Below the pieces are notes generated by a model. It worked only from the letters and a program-made list of their open reading frames with translations, had not been told where the DNA came from and made no database searches. From Octopus vulgaris (lineage: Eukaryota): DNA of 64,000 bases. The stretch spans positions 46,066,001 through 46,130,000 of the forward strand of contig OX597827.1 of the NCBI GenBank assembly GCA_951406725.2, given 5' to 3'. This document shows, piece by piece, positions 13,463 to 27,459 of this stretch (position 1 is the stretch's first letter; each line of letters begins with the position of its first letter). The translations under genes and the position numbers were made by a program.

Positions 13463-13853
13463 TCTTTATATATAAAAGTGGTGTGTCTGTCTCCTACGAT
13501 TTAGATTCCTAACTACTTCCACATTTTGCGGTGCAGTGTAACCAAAAGCGGGTATCTTATAGTCGTGATTCATATCGAGCCCTTCTGGGTGTTAGCGCGC
13601 GTCTACGATGAGTCTACGATTTTAAAAATAATTTACCAAAATTTTTTCCATTTTAATGCATTTTTTTCGCTATTATATAAGGGAAGTAACTCTCTAAAAA
13701 TGTCTACGATGAGTCAACGATTTAAAAAAAATTACCATCATTTTTTTTCCATTTTTAGTGCATTTTTTTGCTATTTTTTGGCTATAACTCTCTAAAAATG
13801 CTTATATAGTTATTTCCCTTACAAACCCGAGCAACACCGGGCGATACTGCTAG
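13463..13853 (+). mobile_element. Non-autonomous Helitron, copy 1
   Basis: A|TC 5' end (TCTTTATATATAAAAG), 3' hairpin CCCGAGCAACACCGGG then CTAG|T, no TSD. Confidence 0.88.
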
Positions 13854-13877
13854 TATATATATATATATATATATATA

Positions 13878-14271
13878 TTTTTATATATAAAAGTGAAGTT
13901 GTGTGTCTGTCTCCTACGATTTAGATTCCTAACTACTCCCACATTTTGCGGTGCAGTGTAACCAAAAGCGGGTATCTTATAGTCGTGATTCCTATCGAGC
14001 CCTTCTGGGTATTAGCGCGCGTCTACGATGAGTCTACGATTAAAAAAAAAATTTACCATAATTTTTTCCCATTTTTAATGCATTTTGTTGCTATTATATA
14101 AGGGAAGTAACTCTCTAAAAATGTATTATTAAATCTCAGAACGTAAAAAGCTACAGTAATACCCCACTTTGTGGTTAGCCATATTGAGATGGCTATTATA
14201 CTTTACATCTCTAAAAATGCTTATATAGTTATTTCCCTTACAAACCTGAGCAACGCCGGGCGATACTGCTA

Positions 14272-14272
<1 letters not shown>
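13878..14272 (+). mobile_element. Non-autonomous Helitron, copy 2
   Basis: Closely related to copy 1; 3' CCTGAGCAACGCCGGG...CTAG|T. Confidence 0.86.
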
Positions 14273-14322
<50 letters not shown>

Positions 14323-15311
14323 CACTTGTACATGCAAATACGCATATTTACGTATTTTAACTCGCACTTTGCATATGTATCCTTGCATGTATCACAGAAA
14401 AGTATTCTTCATACTTAGGGTCTCGGCCATTTTGCTGGGATCTTGTGAGTTTTGAAAAGTAGACGGAATCTGTCATGTTTAGTAAAATTAGGATGGTCAT
14501 TCGGCATTTGTTCACCAGCACGGCAGAGAAAGACGAATTATATAGACGCGAACTCTAGATAGTCTTCTCGATAACAGAAAGGAGGAGGCGGAGGCGGAGG
14601 AGGAGGAGGAAGTCCCTCGCCAAACTTCATTTATAATTCTTCTTGACATGGGGGTGGGAGGTGGTAGGCGGACTGGTTTTTGTCAGATTCCGAATGTGCT
14701 GTGCTAGAGTATATTAGTTTAGGTTTACCTGTCAGATAAATAGACAGACGGACAGATATACACATGTGTATATATACACATATACGTTTATTTATACATA
14801 CATATACAGGTACATACATACAGAGAGGGAGAAAGAGAGAAAGGGAGAGAGAGAGAGAAAGAAAGAAACACACACACATACATATATGTATGTATATGTA
14901 TGTATATATATATATATAGAGAGAGAGAGGGGGGGGGGAACAGACAACCAGACAGACAAAGACAGAGACTGAGACACACTCATATGTACACATACGTATA
15001 TACTTTTACATGCATGCATACGTGCATGCATACATACATACATACATACATACCTACATACATACATACATACGTACGTACGTATGTACACATGCACGTA
15101 CATACATTCGCACATACATACATACACACACACATATACGCATACATACATATATAAATACATACATACATACATACATACATACACACATACATACATA
15201 CATACATACATACATACATACATACATACATACATACATACATACATACACACATACATACATACACACATACATACATACACACACACACACATACATA
15301 CATACACACAC

Positions 15312-15969
15312 AATGACGGGCAATAAATGTAAGCTGTGCAAAATTAAAATTGAACACATCAACCACGTTATTAACGACTGCGAGAGAATGTCTTCCAGAT
15401 ATTATCCTCCCATGAGACATGTCGCGGTAACTAGATCAGTATGAAACAGAATTAGAAAAAGCAAATTACTTGCAAACAGAGTTGACTAAATTGAGACCTA
15501 TGGGTCGAGAGAATATTGATAGAACTTAAAAATTAAAAACAACTGCCAGGTCAGGCATTGTGTGGGATTACAAGAAAAAATATATATACTCTGTTTTTGG
15601 AAACCAGCTGTCCTTTGAATACCATTGTGGTTCGAGAAATACTGGGGAAGGAAAATATCTCTTGATTAAGTGATAAGGTGTTGTTTGCAAATCCAGTGCC
15701 GAAGATACATTTTCAGTTTCATAGCTACAGGATATTAAAGGAGCAAATTGCCTGGAGCAAAGTATGGTTACATTTGGGTTCTTGGACAGAGAATGCATCT
15801 CCTAGGTTCGTACGCTGCAAATGATCACGATATCTAGGACAATCAAGATCTGCGTGACCCTCATAAGATTTAAGGGATGGTGGACTAAACAACTGCTTTC
15901 CTTCACAACCTTGCTACTAAGCAACTGACCGATCTAAATTAGCTCTAAATTAAACAGATAAAAAGAAAT
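15312..15969 (+). mobile_element. Decayed 3' part of the same RLE non-LTR family (zinc knuckle and RLE tail)
   Basis: NKCKLCKIKIEHINHVINDCERMSSRYYPPMRHVAV is a CCHC knuckle followed by RH; later GFLDRECIS*VRTLQMITISRTIKICVTLIRFK aligns with the 11819-12073 C-terminus; (CATA)n on both sides. Confidence 0.75.
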
Positions 15970-15987
15970 CATACATACATACATACA

Positions 15988-16018
<31 letters not shown>

Positions 16019-16411
16019 TGTGTGGTAAGTAACTTGCTTACCAACCAGACGGCTGTGTGGTAAGAAACTTGCTTCCCATCTGCTTGGTTCTGGGTTCAGT
16101 CCCACTGTGTGGCACCTTGGGCAAGTGTCTTCTACTATAGCCTTGGGCCGACCAAAGTGGATTTGGTAGACGGAAACTGAAAGAAGCCCATCGTATATAT
16201 GTATATGTATATATATATATATGTGTGTGTGTTTGTGTGTCTGTCTTTGTCCCTCCAATATCGCTTGACAACCGTGACTTAGCAGTTCAGTGAAAGAGAC
16301 CGATAGAATAAGTACTAGGCTTACAAAGAATAAGTCCTGGGGTCGATTTGCTCAACTAAAGGCGGTGCTCCAGCATGGCCGCAGTCAATTGGCTGAAACA
16401 AGTAAAAGAGT
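16019..16411 (+). mobile_element. SINE A with duplicated head start
   Basis: Family A head and tail; TGTGTGGTAAG..ACTTGCTT occurs twice. Confidence 0.85.
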
Positions 16412-16456
16412 AAAAAAAGTATACATACATACATACATACATACATTCATACATTC

Positions 16457-16487
<31 letters not shown>

Positions 16488-16729
16488 CATACATACATAC
16501 ATACATACATACATAGAAGTACAACACTGAATTTTCGGCAACGGATGATCCGGTACCTCCTTTAATTCGAGCAAAATTGCAAGCGTAAAATTTCCACGGC
16601 CGCCAGACTTGTTTGCTAGATTGCACACAGATGGCGTTGAGTGCACTCATGCTATTTTAGATAGTTCAGTTGCCAATGGTGGTGTCTCGATTCTGTGAGA
16701 TTCTTAAAAGCTTATTTTGCATAAATTTA

Positions 16730-18460
16730 ACCCTAGCTATGGCTTCTCTGAAAGGTGTTTGTGTCGCTAGAGGTGGAAAGCGTTAACACTAACCCATATT
16801 GATTCAAGAGACAAATCAAGAGTTGTGAAGAACTGAACCATGGTATTTCAGTGTGTGAACTATGTGAAATATATAGTATCGGTACATCAAATCTATGATA
16901 TACAAAAGCAGAAGAGAAATGTATTGAAATTCCAATGAAGAAACAAATAACTATTAAGAAAACAATGAAATATGGTAAGGTTTACTGAGCATGATAGAGT
17001 GATAACAGAATGGTTTCGACAACGTCGGAGTGATGCAGTGGAATTGTAAGAGAGGTTGATAACAGAGCAGGTTCAATTGTTCCACAAAGAACTTAAATTA
17101 GAGCATGAGTAGGATTGTAGTGCAAGGTGACTTCAAAGATTTGAGAAGCGTAATGGAATTTCATTGTATTATGTGTTTAGAGAAAAGCGGTCCGCAAAAT
17201 ATAAAGGAGCTGTCAAGTCATGAGGTTGAATTAGCCAAGCCCATAACTGACGAGTGTGAAGGCGCAATGGCCCAGTGGTTAGGGCAGCGGACTCGCGGTC
17301 GGGGGATCGCGATTTCGATTCCCAGACCGGGCGTTGTGTGTGTTTATTGAGCGAAAACACCTAAAGCTCCACGAGGCTCCGGCAGTGGGTAGTGGCGACC
17401 CCTGTTGTACTCTTTCGCCCCAACTTTCTCTCACTCTCTCTTCCTGTTTCTTGAGTAACGCTGCGATGGACTGGCGTCCCGTCCAGTTGGGGGGAACACA
17501 TACGCCACAGAAACCGGGAAACCGGGCCAAAAGGGCGAATGCAGATGAAACTGTATTATATTGGTGATGCACACCTTAGAAAACATTAACAACAAAAGAT
17601 GAAGAGGCCCATGTAGGAGTCAAACAATCTAAGGACAGGTTTACCGTCTTAAGGTGCTCAAACGCAGCAGCTACGCACATATGTAAACCGTTGTTTACAG
17701 GAAAGATCAAATATCCAAGAGTCTTGAAAAGGATTCAAATTTAATAGTAATATACTGTGCAAATAAGGACGGCTGGATTACAAACGAAAATGCCAAAGAA
17801 TGGTTTGAAGATTTTGCGTTTGCAACCAGAACACACTGCACATCTACTGTCCAAGCAGAAGACTAGAATTATCATTCTGGACAACTCTTCAACACATTTC
17901 AATACTGAACTCCTAAACAAGAAAACTGTTTACGCTGTGTATTTACCAGCCAACTGTATGTCACTTATCGAATTATCAAGATTAATAAATACTGTACTCC
18001 CTAGAGGTTGAGTATCGATCACTTTTCATTAAAAGGTATTAGATGCTGTGGATGCTGCTAGTCTCTAGGTGATCCTTGGTTCATTGCTAGCAAATGGGAG
18101 AAGGTGGATCATCAATGCGAAAGAAAGTATGGCATATAAAGTGGCTTAGATATTGTGGTTCTTTGATAATGCATCTCGTGAAAATACCGACAACGATTTC
18201 ACAAATTTTAGTTTATCATAGGAAAAAAGTGTTTATGAATCGCTTGAGTGTGCAAAAAATATTACAGGACCTGTTGCCAAAATTATAGTAAATGATCTTA
18301 TTGAAGAAAACCCGGCAGAGTGGGTGAATATGAACGAAGAAATACAAGTTGTACATCGTATTACAGGCTTGGAAAATTATAGACACCATTCTGAATGGTG
18401 ATAAAAAGAGGAAGCGTTGAGAATGACCATGATGAAGATGAAACAGGTGTAGCCTAAGCA
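16730..18460 (+). pseudogene. pogo/Tigger (CENP-B/Jerky-like) transposase relic
   Basis: Frameshifted motifs: HGISVCELCEIYSIG (HTH), EWFRQRR, LQRFEKRNGI, NADETVLYW, KQSKDRFTVLRCSNAA, IILDNSSTH, YLPANCMSLI; interrupted by a SINE at 17257. Confidence 0.82.
17257..17530 (+). mobile_element. SINE with family D head and an alternative tail
   Basis: Head as 12989 (TCG at anticodon position); tail GATGGACTGGCGTCCCGTCCAG...GAAACCGGG differs. Confidence 0.85.
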
Positions 18461-18974
18461 CTTTCCCATGACAGGTTAACTGAGTGAGAAAGGGAAGTAA
18501 TTAAAGGGGTAGTGCAACAGTCCACAACAGGGACTAATGAACTTATTTGGAGTCGTTGCATGAAAAAATCGCTCAAGGAAAAATAAAAAGAGAGAACATA
18601 AAGCAATTTCGTTTCGGTGAAACGTTTTAAAAAATAGCCAATAATGTGTATCCTGTTGCTTGAATTGCAAGTACCCCAGGTATGCCATACATGGCATCAG
18701 AAAATCATGATGAAATAATTAATTACGGAATGGACAGCAATTATAAATGCATTCGTCTTCCAGATCATCGTGATTAGTAAAATTGTAAATCTTACCAATT
18801 TGAGAGTATTAGTGCTACAACATTATCTTAAAGTAATTAATTTTATTTTTTGTTTTATAATATTTTTCACTTAAACCTGTTCCACTGATACAGATACCCG
18901 TACCGTGCACTTCCTTGCATAGTGCAATATTAATAAACCTATACCATTTATAATAATGTACGGGTGCCTAAAGA

Positions 18975-19375
18975 AACGTTAGTACGCCGGGTGATATGCT
19001 TAGCAGTATTTCGTCTGTCTTTACGTTCTGAGTTCAAGTTCCGCCGAGGTCGACTTTGACTTTAATCATTTGGGGTCGAGAAAATAAGTACCAGTTGCGT
19101 ACTTGGGTCGAGGTAATCGACTGGCCCCCCACTCCTCAAAAATTTCCGGCCGTGTGCCTAGAGTAGAAAAAATTCTATTTAAGTAAAGACAGTAACTATG
19201 AAATTTCGTGCTCTTCATGTTCTGAGTTCAAATTCTGCTGAGGTCGACTTTGCTTTTAATTTTTTTTTTTCTGGGGTCAATAAAATAAATACCAGTTGAG
19301 AACTGGGTCTATGTGATCGACTCGTCCCCCTCCCTTGAAACTGTTGGCCTTGTGCCAAATTTGAAACTAATATTC
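18975..19375 (+). mobile_element. Two diverged SINE B copies
   Basis: Two GTTCTGAGTTCAA...GAGGTCGACTTTG cores. Confidence 0.78.
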
Positions 19376-19522
19376 ATTTATTTACTTTAAAGTTCTAGCA
19401 GTCTAAAAAGTTTTAGAGACACAGGAGATGAATAATTAAGAAGTTGGAAGATTAGCATCTCTGTTTCGGAGAAACTGGCAAGCCAGTAAGGCTTGGGAAA
19501 TAGTGGTGCTGCAAATGCGGTA

Positions 19523-19823
<301 letters not shown>

Positions 19824-19940
19824 TGCAAATGCGGTATTGCATCTGTGTGTGTGTGTGTGGGTATGTTTATACGTATGAGTTACGATAAAGAACATAGAAA
19901 ATCTGTTTGAGATTTTTGATAAAAAAAAAATTCCTTTTTA

Positions 19941-20324
19941 TCTCTTTACTCTCTTTTACTCTTTTACTTGTTTCAGTCATTTGACTGCGGCCATGCTGGA
20001 GCACCGCCTTCTAGTCGAGTAAATCGACCCCAGGACTTATTCTTTGTAAGCCTAGTACTTATTCTATCAGTCTCTTATGGGATGTAAACACACCACCATT
20101 GGTTGTCAAGCAATGGTGGGGGGACAAACACAGACACACAAACATATACATACATACATATATAGCTATATATACATAAATACGACGGGCTTCTTCCAGT
20201 TTCCGTCTACCAAATCCACTCACAAGGCTTTGGTCGGCCAGAGGCTATAGTAGAAGACACTTGCCCAAGGTGCCACGCAGTGGGACTGAACCCGGTACCA
20301 TATGGTTGGTAAGCAAGCTACTTA
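19941..20324 (-). mobile_element. SINE A
   Basis: Reverse complement of family A. Confidence 0.9.
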
Positions 20325-20775
20325 AAATTTACTTACTACGAACGACAATCACTGAGTCAGTTCGAAGCTTATTGTTCTTGGACTAGATATGATAGTAGCC
20401 GCTAACGTGATGTTAGCTGATCATTGTGTGTTGAGATTACTGCCCGTCCATTGTTTTTATATTGTAATAGCGCTCTAGCCATCTACTGGTTCTGTTAATG
20501 CATGCTGACTGCCGTTTCTGTGTTCGGTCTGATGTGCACCATCCGCCGTTTGTCAGTAGTGGTTAAAAGGCGCCCAATACAGTGGTGGTCTTGGTTAGAA
20601 AAAGCGCACCAAAGATGAAATCTTTGTAAAATCCGGTTCCACACAAAACCTTGAATGCTCAGATTTTTTGATGACGCTAGAAATATTCTAATGAATCGTG
20701 ATCGTATTCTTCAGTTGCTTTTTTGCATCGGATATAGGGATCCGGGTTCAATTCTAAGTTAAATATTCCTGTTAC

Positions 20776-20806
<31 letters not shown>

Positions 20807-20943
20807 TGTATGTATGTATGTATGTATGTATACAGACATAAACACACACAAACGCACACACACATACACTGCACACGCACTCACACACATACAAATGAGT
20901 TCGACTGGTTTGGATGAAATATCGCTTCCTCATCTTCATACAA

Positions 20944-21412
<469 letters not shown>

Positions 21413-22167
21413 TAAAAAAATTATATAATATAATATTTATACTATAATATACAAATGCTATTCATTATTAGACATTACATTCATTAAAATTTTGTTTATT
21501 TTCCCCAAATTAGACTGCAAATAGTGGATCCACCTTCATAAGTAAGAAACACCCGACCCCAGTAAAATTGTGGGGGACGAGCATGCGCGAGCACACACAC
21601 ACACACGCACACACACACACTCGCAACATATACAGATATACATACACACACATATATATACACATATTATACATAATATATCTATTATATATATATACAT
21701 TTATTATACATAATATATATTACACACACACACATGCATTACAGGTTTAACTTTTTGCAAAGGTTCACTGCTTTCGCAAATTCATAGATATCTTATCTTG
21801 AGAGAGTGTTTATATAAGTATATAAATGTATGTGTGACAAGCTTCCATACAGTTTCCCCTCAATTAAATTTCGCTCACAAACCATCGAACAATTCTAGCC
21901 AATGGTAGTTGACATTTGCCGAGGGTGTCAAGCTGTGAGATCGAGCAAAAAACCACGTGGTTACGAAGCGATTCTTTTTAATTACGGTGTATCTGAGTAA
22001 TTTTCTCTCTTAACAATGGAAACAAAATTGACGCGACTAAAAATAACCTCTGAGTTCTTCTGGAGACTCAGAGCTTTCCAGTTAAGTGAACGTGACGTAG
22101 TCATTCTTATATTCCGCTTTTATCCAAATATAACTCCAGACTATTGTCAATATTTTAGATCTGATTA

Positions 22168-22590
22168 AGGCGGCGAGCTGGAAGAAATGTTTGCACGCCG
22201 GGCGAAATGCTTTGCAGTATTTCGTCTGCCGCTACGTTCTGAGTTCAAATTCCGCTGCGGTCGACTTTGCCTTTCATCCTTTTGGGGTCGATTAAATAAG
22301 TACCAGTTACGCACTGGGGTCGATATAATCGACTTAATCCGTTTGTCTGTCCTTGTTTGTCTCCTCTGTGTTTAGCCCCTTGTGGGAAGTAAAGAAATAG
22401 GTATTTCGTCTGCTGCTACGTTCTGAGTTCAAATTCCGCCGAGGTCGACTTAGCCTTTCATCCTTTCGGGGTCGATTAAATAAGTACCAGTTACGCACTG
22501 GGGTCGATATAATCGACTTAATCCGTTTGTCTGTCCTTGTTTGTCCCCTCTATGTTTAGCCCCCCACCTCCTGTGGGCAATAAAGAAAAA
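22168..22590 (+). mobile_element. SINE B tandem dimer
   Basis: Full unit, then a second unit starting internally at GGTATTTCGTCTG after TAAAGAAATA. Confidence 0.88.
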
Positions 22591-22689
22591 TATTTTATAT
22601 TTGATGAGTTTATACTGGTATCTTTTGTCCGTTCCCTCACGCACTTACTCTCACACGCTGTAGGATTTGAAATAAGAAATTAAAGGAAC

Positions 22690-22960
22690 GTGGCAGAGAT
22701 GCATTGCTTTAGGCAGTCACTGTAAGATCCACCGACGATAAAGATATCGCAAGCTCTTCACCTGTTGATGCAATATTGCAATATTGGAAATCCTTGCGTA
22801 TCTTCAACAGGTGTCTCAGGGTCACAAGCGATTCGCTCCTTGACTTGTATGCTTCGCCTGAGTGGAGCAACGAGGACTGAATTAGCATTCGCCAGCAGAA
22901 GGGTTCTATCTCCGGTTTTATGTCAACCACAACGACCTTGATTTGAATTTAGCTGTCACG
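22690..22960 (-). pseudogene. Possible old RTE-like LINE fragment
   Basis: WRMLIQSSLLHSGEAY...LRHLLKI loosely resembles the post-RT LLYGSEAW...LRxIL region. Confidence 0.3.
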
Positions 22961-24089
22961 GCTATTTCCTTGGTTGCATTCTTCAGTTGATTGGATTCCA
23001 ACATAAATGTATCGTACTGTGAGGTACATTATCATACGTCCAACCGATTCTGTAATCCATTTTCATGATGAGAGCAAAGATTTGTAACATAGGAATACGG
23101 CTACAAATTTATTGGGATCAGAGAACAGTCGGTTGGATCAATGCCACTACATGGCAGGTATCTGAGGATTTTATTTTTTCAGACTGTTTCCTTCAATTTG
23201 GTTATATCGTTGAACCTTAACATAACAACACTATTGACCTTCACAATCATGTTGTTCCAGGTTCGGTCTCATCCCGGTGTGCATCGAGCAAGTATCTTTT
23301 GCTGAAATCTTGCATCGTCAAAAACGTTTCAGCCAGGCTAACTTCTGGTACCAGACATGAAATGCCATTTTAAAAATTATTACAGAGATTGTGTTGTTGA
23401 GCGAAAGATATTGCCCTCGTATTCTTCAGGAATCGTTAGCGTGTCGAGTTTACTAACCATCTTCGTAGCTGCAGTTGGTAATGTGATTAGCGATGCAGTG
23501 AGGATAGCAGGCTCTGGGACCTACTAGGCTTTTCCCCCTCTTTTTCAAGCTGCTCAGAGCAGAAGGCCTTTAAGTGATTTTTGCTGTCACAAGTGTTACA
23601 ATTGGACTTTTAATCATGTACTATCAGTGTTATTCCTTTTGACTCAGTGCCCACAACGAGACATCGCTCTAAAGTGGCTTTATGGTCCTGAAGAATGATG
23701 ACAACAACCGCTCGTATAATATCTTGTTACCTGTACTCTTATTACTCACCCATATTGATCCTGAGTATCACTCCTGTATTATACTGCCCTATATTCTATA
23801 GTACAAACTTGTTAACGTATGTGTCACGCATAATTTCTGCCCATATCCAAGCTCTATTCTCGGTTTTGAAAGTTAGGCCGGCAGTATCGTAGGCTTTGCT
23901 CTTTTCTGTATACGAAGTGGTAGCCTAGATGCCAGCTAGGGTTTCCTTTTGCTGGTTCTAAGAAGGCAACGAGAAAACCATCTTTTTCTCTCGTAAGACA
24001 ACATAAACATATTCGTGGTTCGGGATATGTTTATCGATTTCTTTGTAAAAAGTGTCACATGATTATTTTTTGATTATTTTTAGAAACAA

Positions 24090-25360
24090 CGATTTCCTTG
24101 GTGAAGACAAAATGCCAGTACCATCCTGAGGAATATGTATCTAACGGGTTCACCGCATTTCCGCAAACCCCATTTCAATGTGAATGATGGACATGGTTAC
24201 ATTTCTTAATGGAAGTATGAAGACAAGCAAGCTGAAAGCACAATTAGATGGCTCACAACTACAGAATAAAGATTAACACATTAATTTCTTCAAAATACTT
24301 CAAGATAGTTTCGAGAAAATACCAACACTGTAATAAGACTAAAATTAATCAAACGTCACAAAAATTAGAAAGGCCTCTTGTAATTAGTAGTTCAGAAATT
24401 AGTAAGGTAATCACTGGGACTGGAAATGTTTATAACATTGATGAGTCGTTTATCTGGCATTTAGTGTCCATAATATTATGTGAAGTTAGAAATAAAAACA
24501 CGAGTGATGAAGAAAGAACGAAAGTCTGTTCCCTTAAGTAGCTCCACATTTGCCTGAAGAATCGATAAAATAATACGAGACGTTGATGAGGGATTGGTCG
24601 ATTCACGTCAATACAAGAAATTCTCTTTACAATTTGATGAAAATATTTACAAGATAACGTCGTTCTTTTAATGGCTTCTTATGAGATGCTGAAACGGAAA
24701 CGAACAGATTGAAGAGATATAGATTGCCAGAAAGATTAAAATGAATATTAATGGAATGACTATTTTTTGAATAAGTCAAACGTTACTTAAGTTAGAGCAA
24801 TATTCTTACGAAGGCGGCGAATTCGTAGTCGTTAGAGCAATGGGTAGAATACTGCGTAGTCTTTTTTTGTTCTAACTTTCTGTGCCCTGAGTTCAGATCT
24901 CGCCGTCGTCAATTTTACCTTTCATCCATTCTGCTAGAACAGCGAACGAGACGCCTTGTGGTATGTGATCCGTCAGTAGCACCGGACACAAAAGCAGTGA
25001 CCTTTCATTTGAATAACATCAGTAGTATGAAGGGCGAGGACTAACAAGTATAGCAACTGCTAGTCTCCCACAAAAAAAAAAAAATCTTGTACAGGCCTGA
25101 GCAAATAGATGCAGATTCAGGGACAATCCTAGCTGACGGTAGCCTCTAGAAAGTCTAATAAAAAATATAATTACTTGTGTAATTAACTATGCCATTGTTA
25201 TGGTTGAGTAATAAAAACTATTCATCTTCCATATAAAATACGTGATACTCAGCATTCTCACTGGTCATTGCGTTATCCACAAAGAATTCCTAGGAGTTGA
25301 AAACTTACAAAAACGTCTCAGTCTTCCGCATTCTGCTGTCATAAAGAATACGAACTTCAG
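24090..25360 (+). pseudogene. hAT (Buster/Charlie-like) transposase relic
   Basis: Frameshifted motifs EEYVSNGFTAF, NGSMKTSKLK, SVPLSSSTFA*RI, KKFSLQFDE, HCVIHKE (CxxH); interrupted by a diverged SINE near 24810. Confidence 0.65.
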
Positions 25361-25596
25361 AACCCATATCCTCCAAGACCAGGCTAACATGTGATGGTCA
25401 TGGCTGGATTGAATCTCACTCTTCGCTTTCACTTATCATAAAGGATGCAAACTTCAAAACTCATGTCCTCCACGATCATCTTAATATGTGAAGTCCATAG
25501 AGGCAATGCTTCGATCATATGTTTATTTGAACAGAGCCGGTCTCGGACTAAATAAGAAAAACACAAGTGAATATGTTGAAGTCTATTGAATCTAGA

Positions 25597-25945
25597 GAAG
25601 GGAGGCCGGTATGCATGGGCGACTGCTGGTCTTCCGTAAACAACCTTGCCCGGACTTGTGCCTCGGAGGGAAACTTCCTAGGTGCAATCCCATGGTCATT
25701 CATGACCGAAGGGGGTCTCAGCAGGAAGGCGACGAGCTGGTAGAATGGTTAGCAAGCTGGACACAACGCTTATCGACACTTCGTTCGTCTTTATGTTTTG
25801 TGCTCAAATTCCACCGAGGTCGACTTTGCCATTTTATTCTTTCGAAGTCAATAAATTAACTACTAATCAGTTAAGTATTGGGATCGATGTAATCGATTAG
25901 TCTCCTTGCCCCAAATTTCAGTCTTTATTCCTATTGTAGGAACAA
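25597..25945 (+). mobile_element. SINE C 3' half followed by a diverged SINE B
   Basis: GGGAGGCCGGTATGCATGGG...GACCGAAGGGGGTCT, then GGCGACGAGCTGGTAGAA. Confidence 0.78.
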
Positions 25946-26070
25946 TAATTAATTGCACTAAGATTCAAAATACATCAAGGAAACTATGTCTCGGGGTCTT
26001 GTGAAAGACCAAAGGTCATAACTACCACCAATGTTTTTTTTTTGTAGTGGGTGTGGGCAAACAGGTTTGC

Positions 26071-26278
26071 TTTACTCTTACTTGTTTCAGTCAATTGACT
26101 GCGGCCATGCTGGAGCACCGCCTTTAGTCGAGCAAATCGACCCCTGGACTTATTCTTTGTAAGCCTAGTACTTATTCTAGCGGTCTCTTTTGCCGAACCG
26201 CTAAGTTACGGGGACGTAAACACACCAGCATCGGTTGTCAAGTGATTTTGGGAGGAAGAGAACACAAACACACACACG

Positions 26279-26351
<73 letters not shown>

Positions 26352-26545
26352 GTATATATGTATACATATACATATACATATATACGATGGTCTTCTTTCA
26401 GCTTCCATCTACCAAATCCACTCACAAGGCTTTGGTCGGTCCGAGGCTATAGTAGAAGACACTTGCCTAAGGTGCCACACAGTGGGACTGAACCCGGAAC
26501 CATGTGGTTGGTAAGCAAGCTACTTAACACACAGCCACTCCTGCT
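26071..26545 (-). mobile_element. SINE A with expanded (CA)n linker
   Basis: Full family A on minus strand. Confidence 0.9.
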
Positions 26546-27421
26546 TGTGTGCAAATTTTGCTTTTCTTTGCAAAGTATGCGTGTATTAAATTCTTATTAG
26601 ATGTAAAGATGTGTGGAGTTTGATTCAGCTCCTACAACATCAGACTTTGCCGGGAAGTTTGTTCACCTCCCTCTGGTGAAACTAGTGCATGAAGTGCGAG
26701 ACCTTAGTGTGGGAAAGCAGGATCACGTGCTCTGAGGTGGAAATTGAAGGGTTGTGACTTGACCGAAGTCGCCAAATGATAATGACTTTATTGACCGGAC
26801 GGAACAAAAGCGAAGTTGACGCCAACAAGATTTGAAATTAGGGTATAAATAAAATGAAGTTAAATAGGAATTTAGTCTGGGAGCAGCAACAATTCACAAT
26901 GACAGTGCCTGCATCACAAGTAGCGCGAACCAACCAGTTAGCCGCTTTGCGATTGCGCTGCAAGCAGAAAGTAGCAGTGATACCATTCTGAACTCACAAT
27001 CCGCTGCAGGGCACATTGAAACTAATGTCGTCCAAAATAAATATACACTCTGTCTGAAATAGAGAAAGAAATAATAAAGAAACTGGACAACCACTCTGTC
27101 CTGAGTGACATTTCAGATAAATGAAAAATACACGTAGAGTTGATTTTCAACAATGGTTGGCCAGACAAACGGTAATAATGGTTACGGGTTGTTATTTGTT
27201 GTTGCTGTTGTCGTCGTCGTAGTCATCGCTACTGCTGTTGAGCACGGGTTCAGCCATGACTGAATAGACCTATGATCAAAGTAGTTCTTGTGTTCCAGTC
27301 GTGACTATCCCGTTTGTGTGAATATTTAGAAATATAGTATCTAAATTGCGTCTGTTTTTAAGATGGTAGAGTGTAATTTGAAAGAAATGGAAAGAGAGTG
27401 AGAGAGGGAGAGTGTGTGTGT

Positions 27422-27459
<38 letters not shown>

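Noticed and set aside
14631-15444. Long ORFs rich in YI/HT/CV/MYVC here and throughout the window
   Set aside because: Microsatellite translations; only the last 40 codons or so of 15010-15444 are meaningful (TE zinc knuckle).
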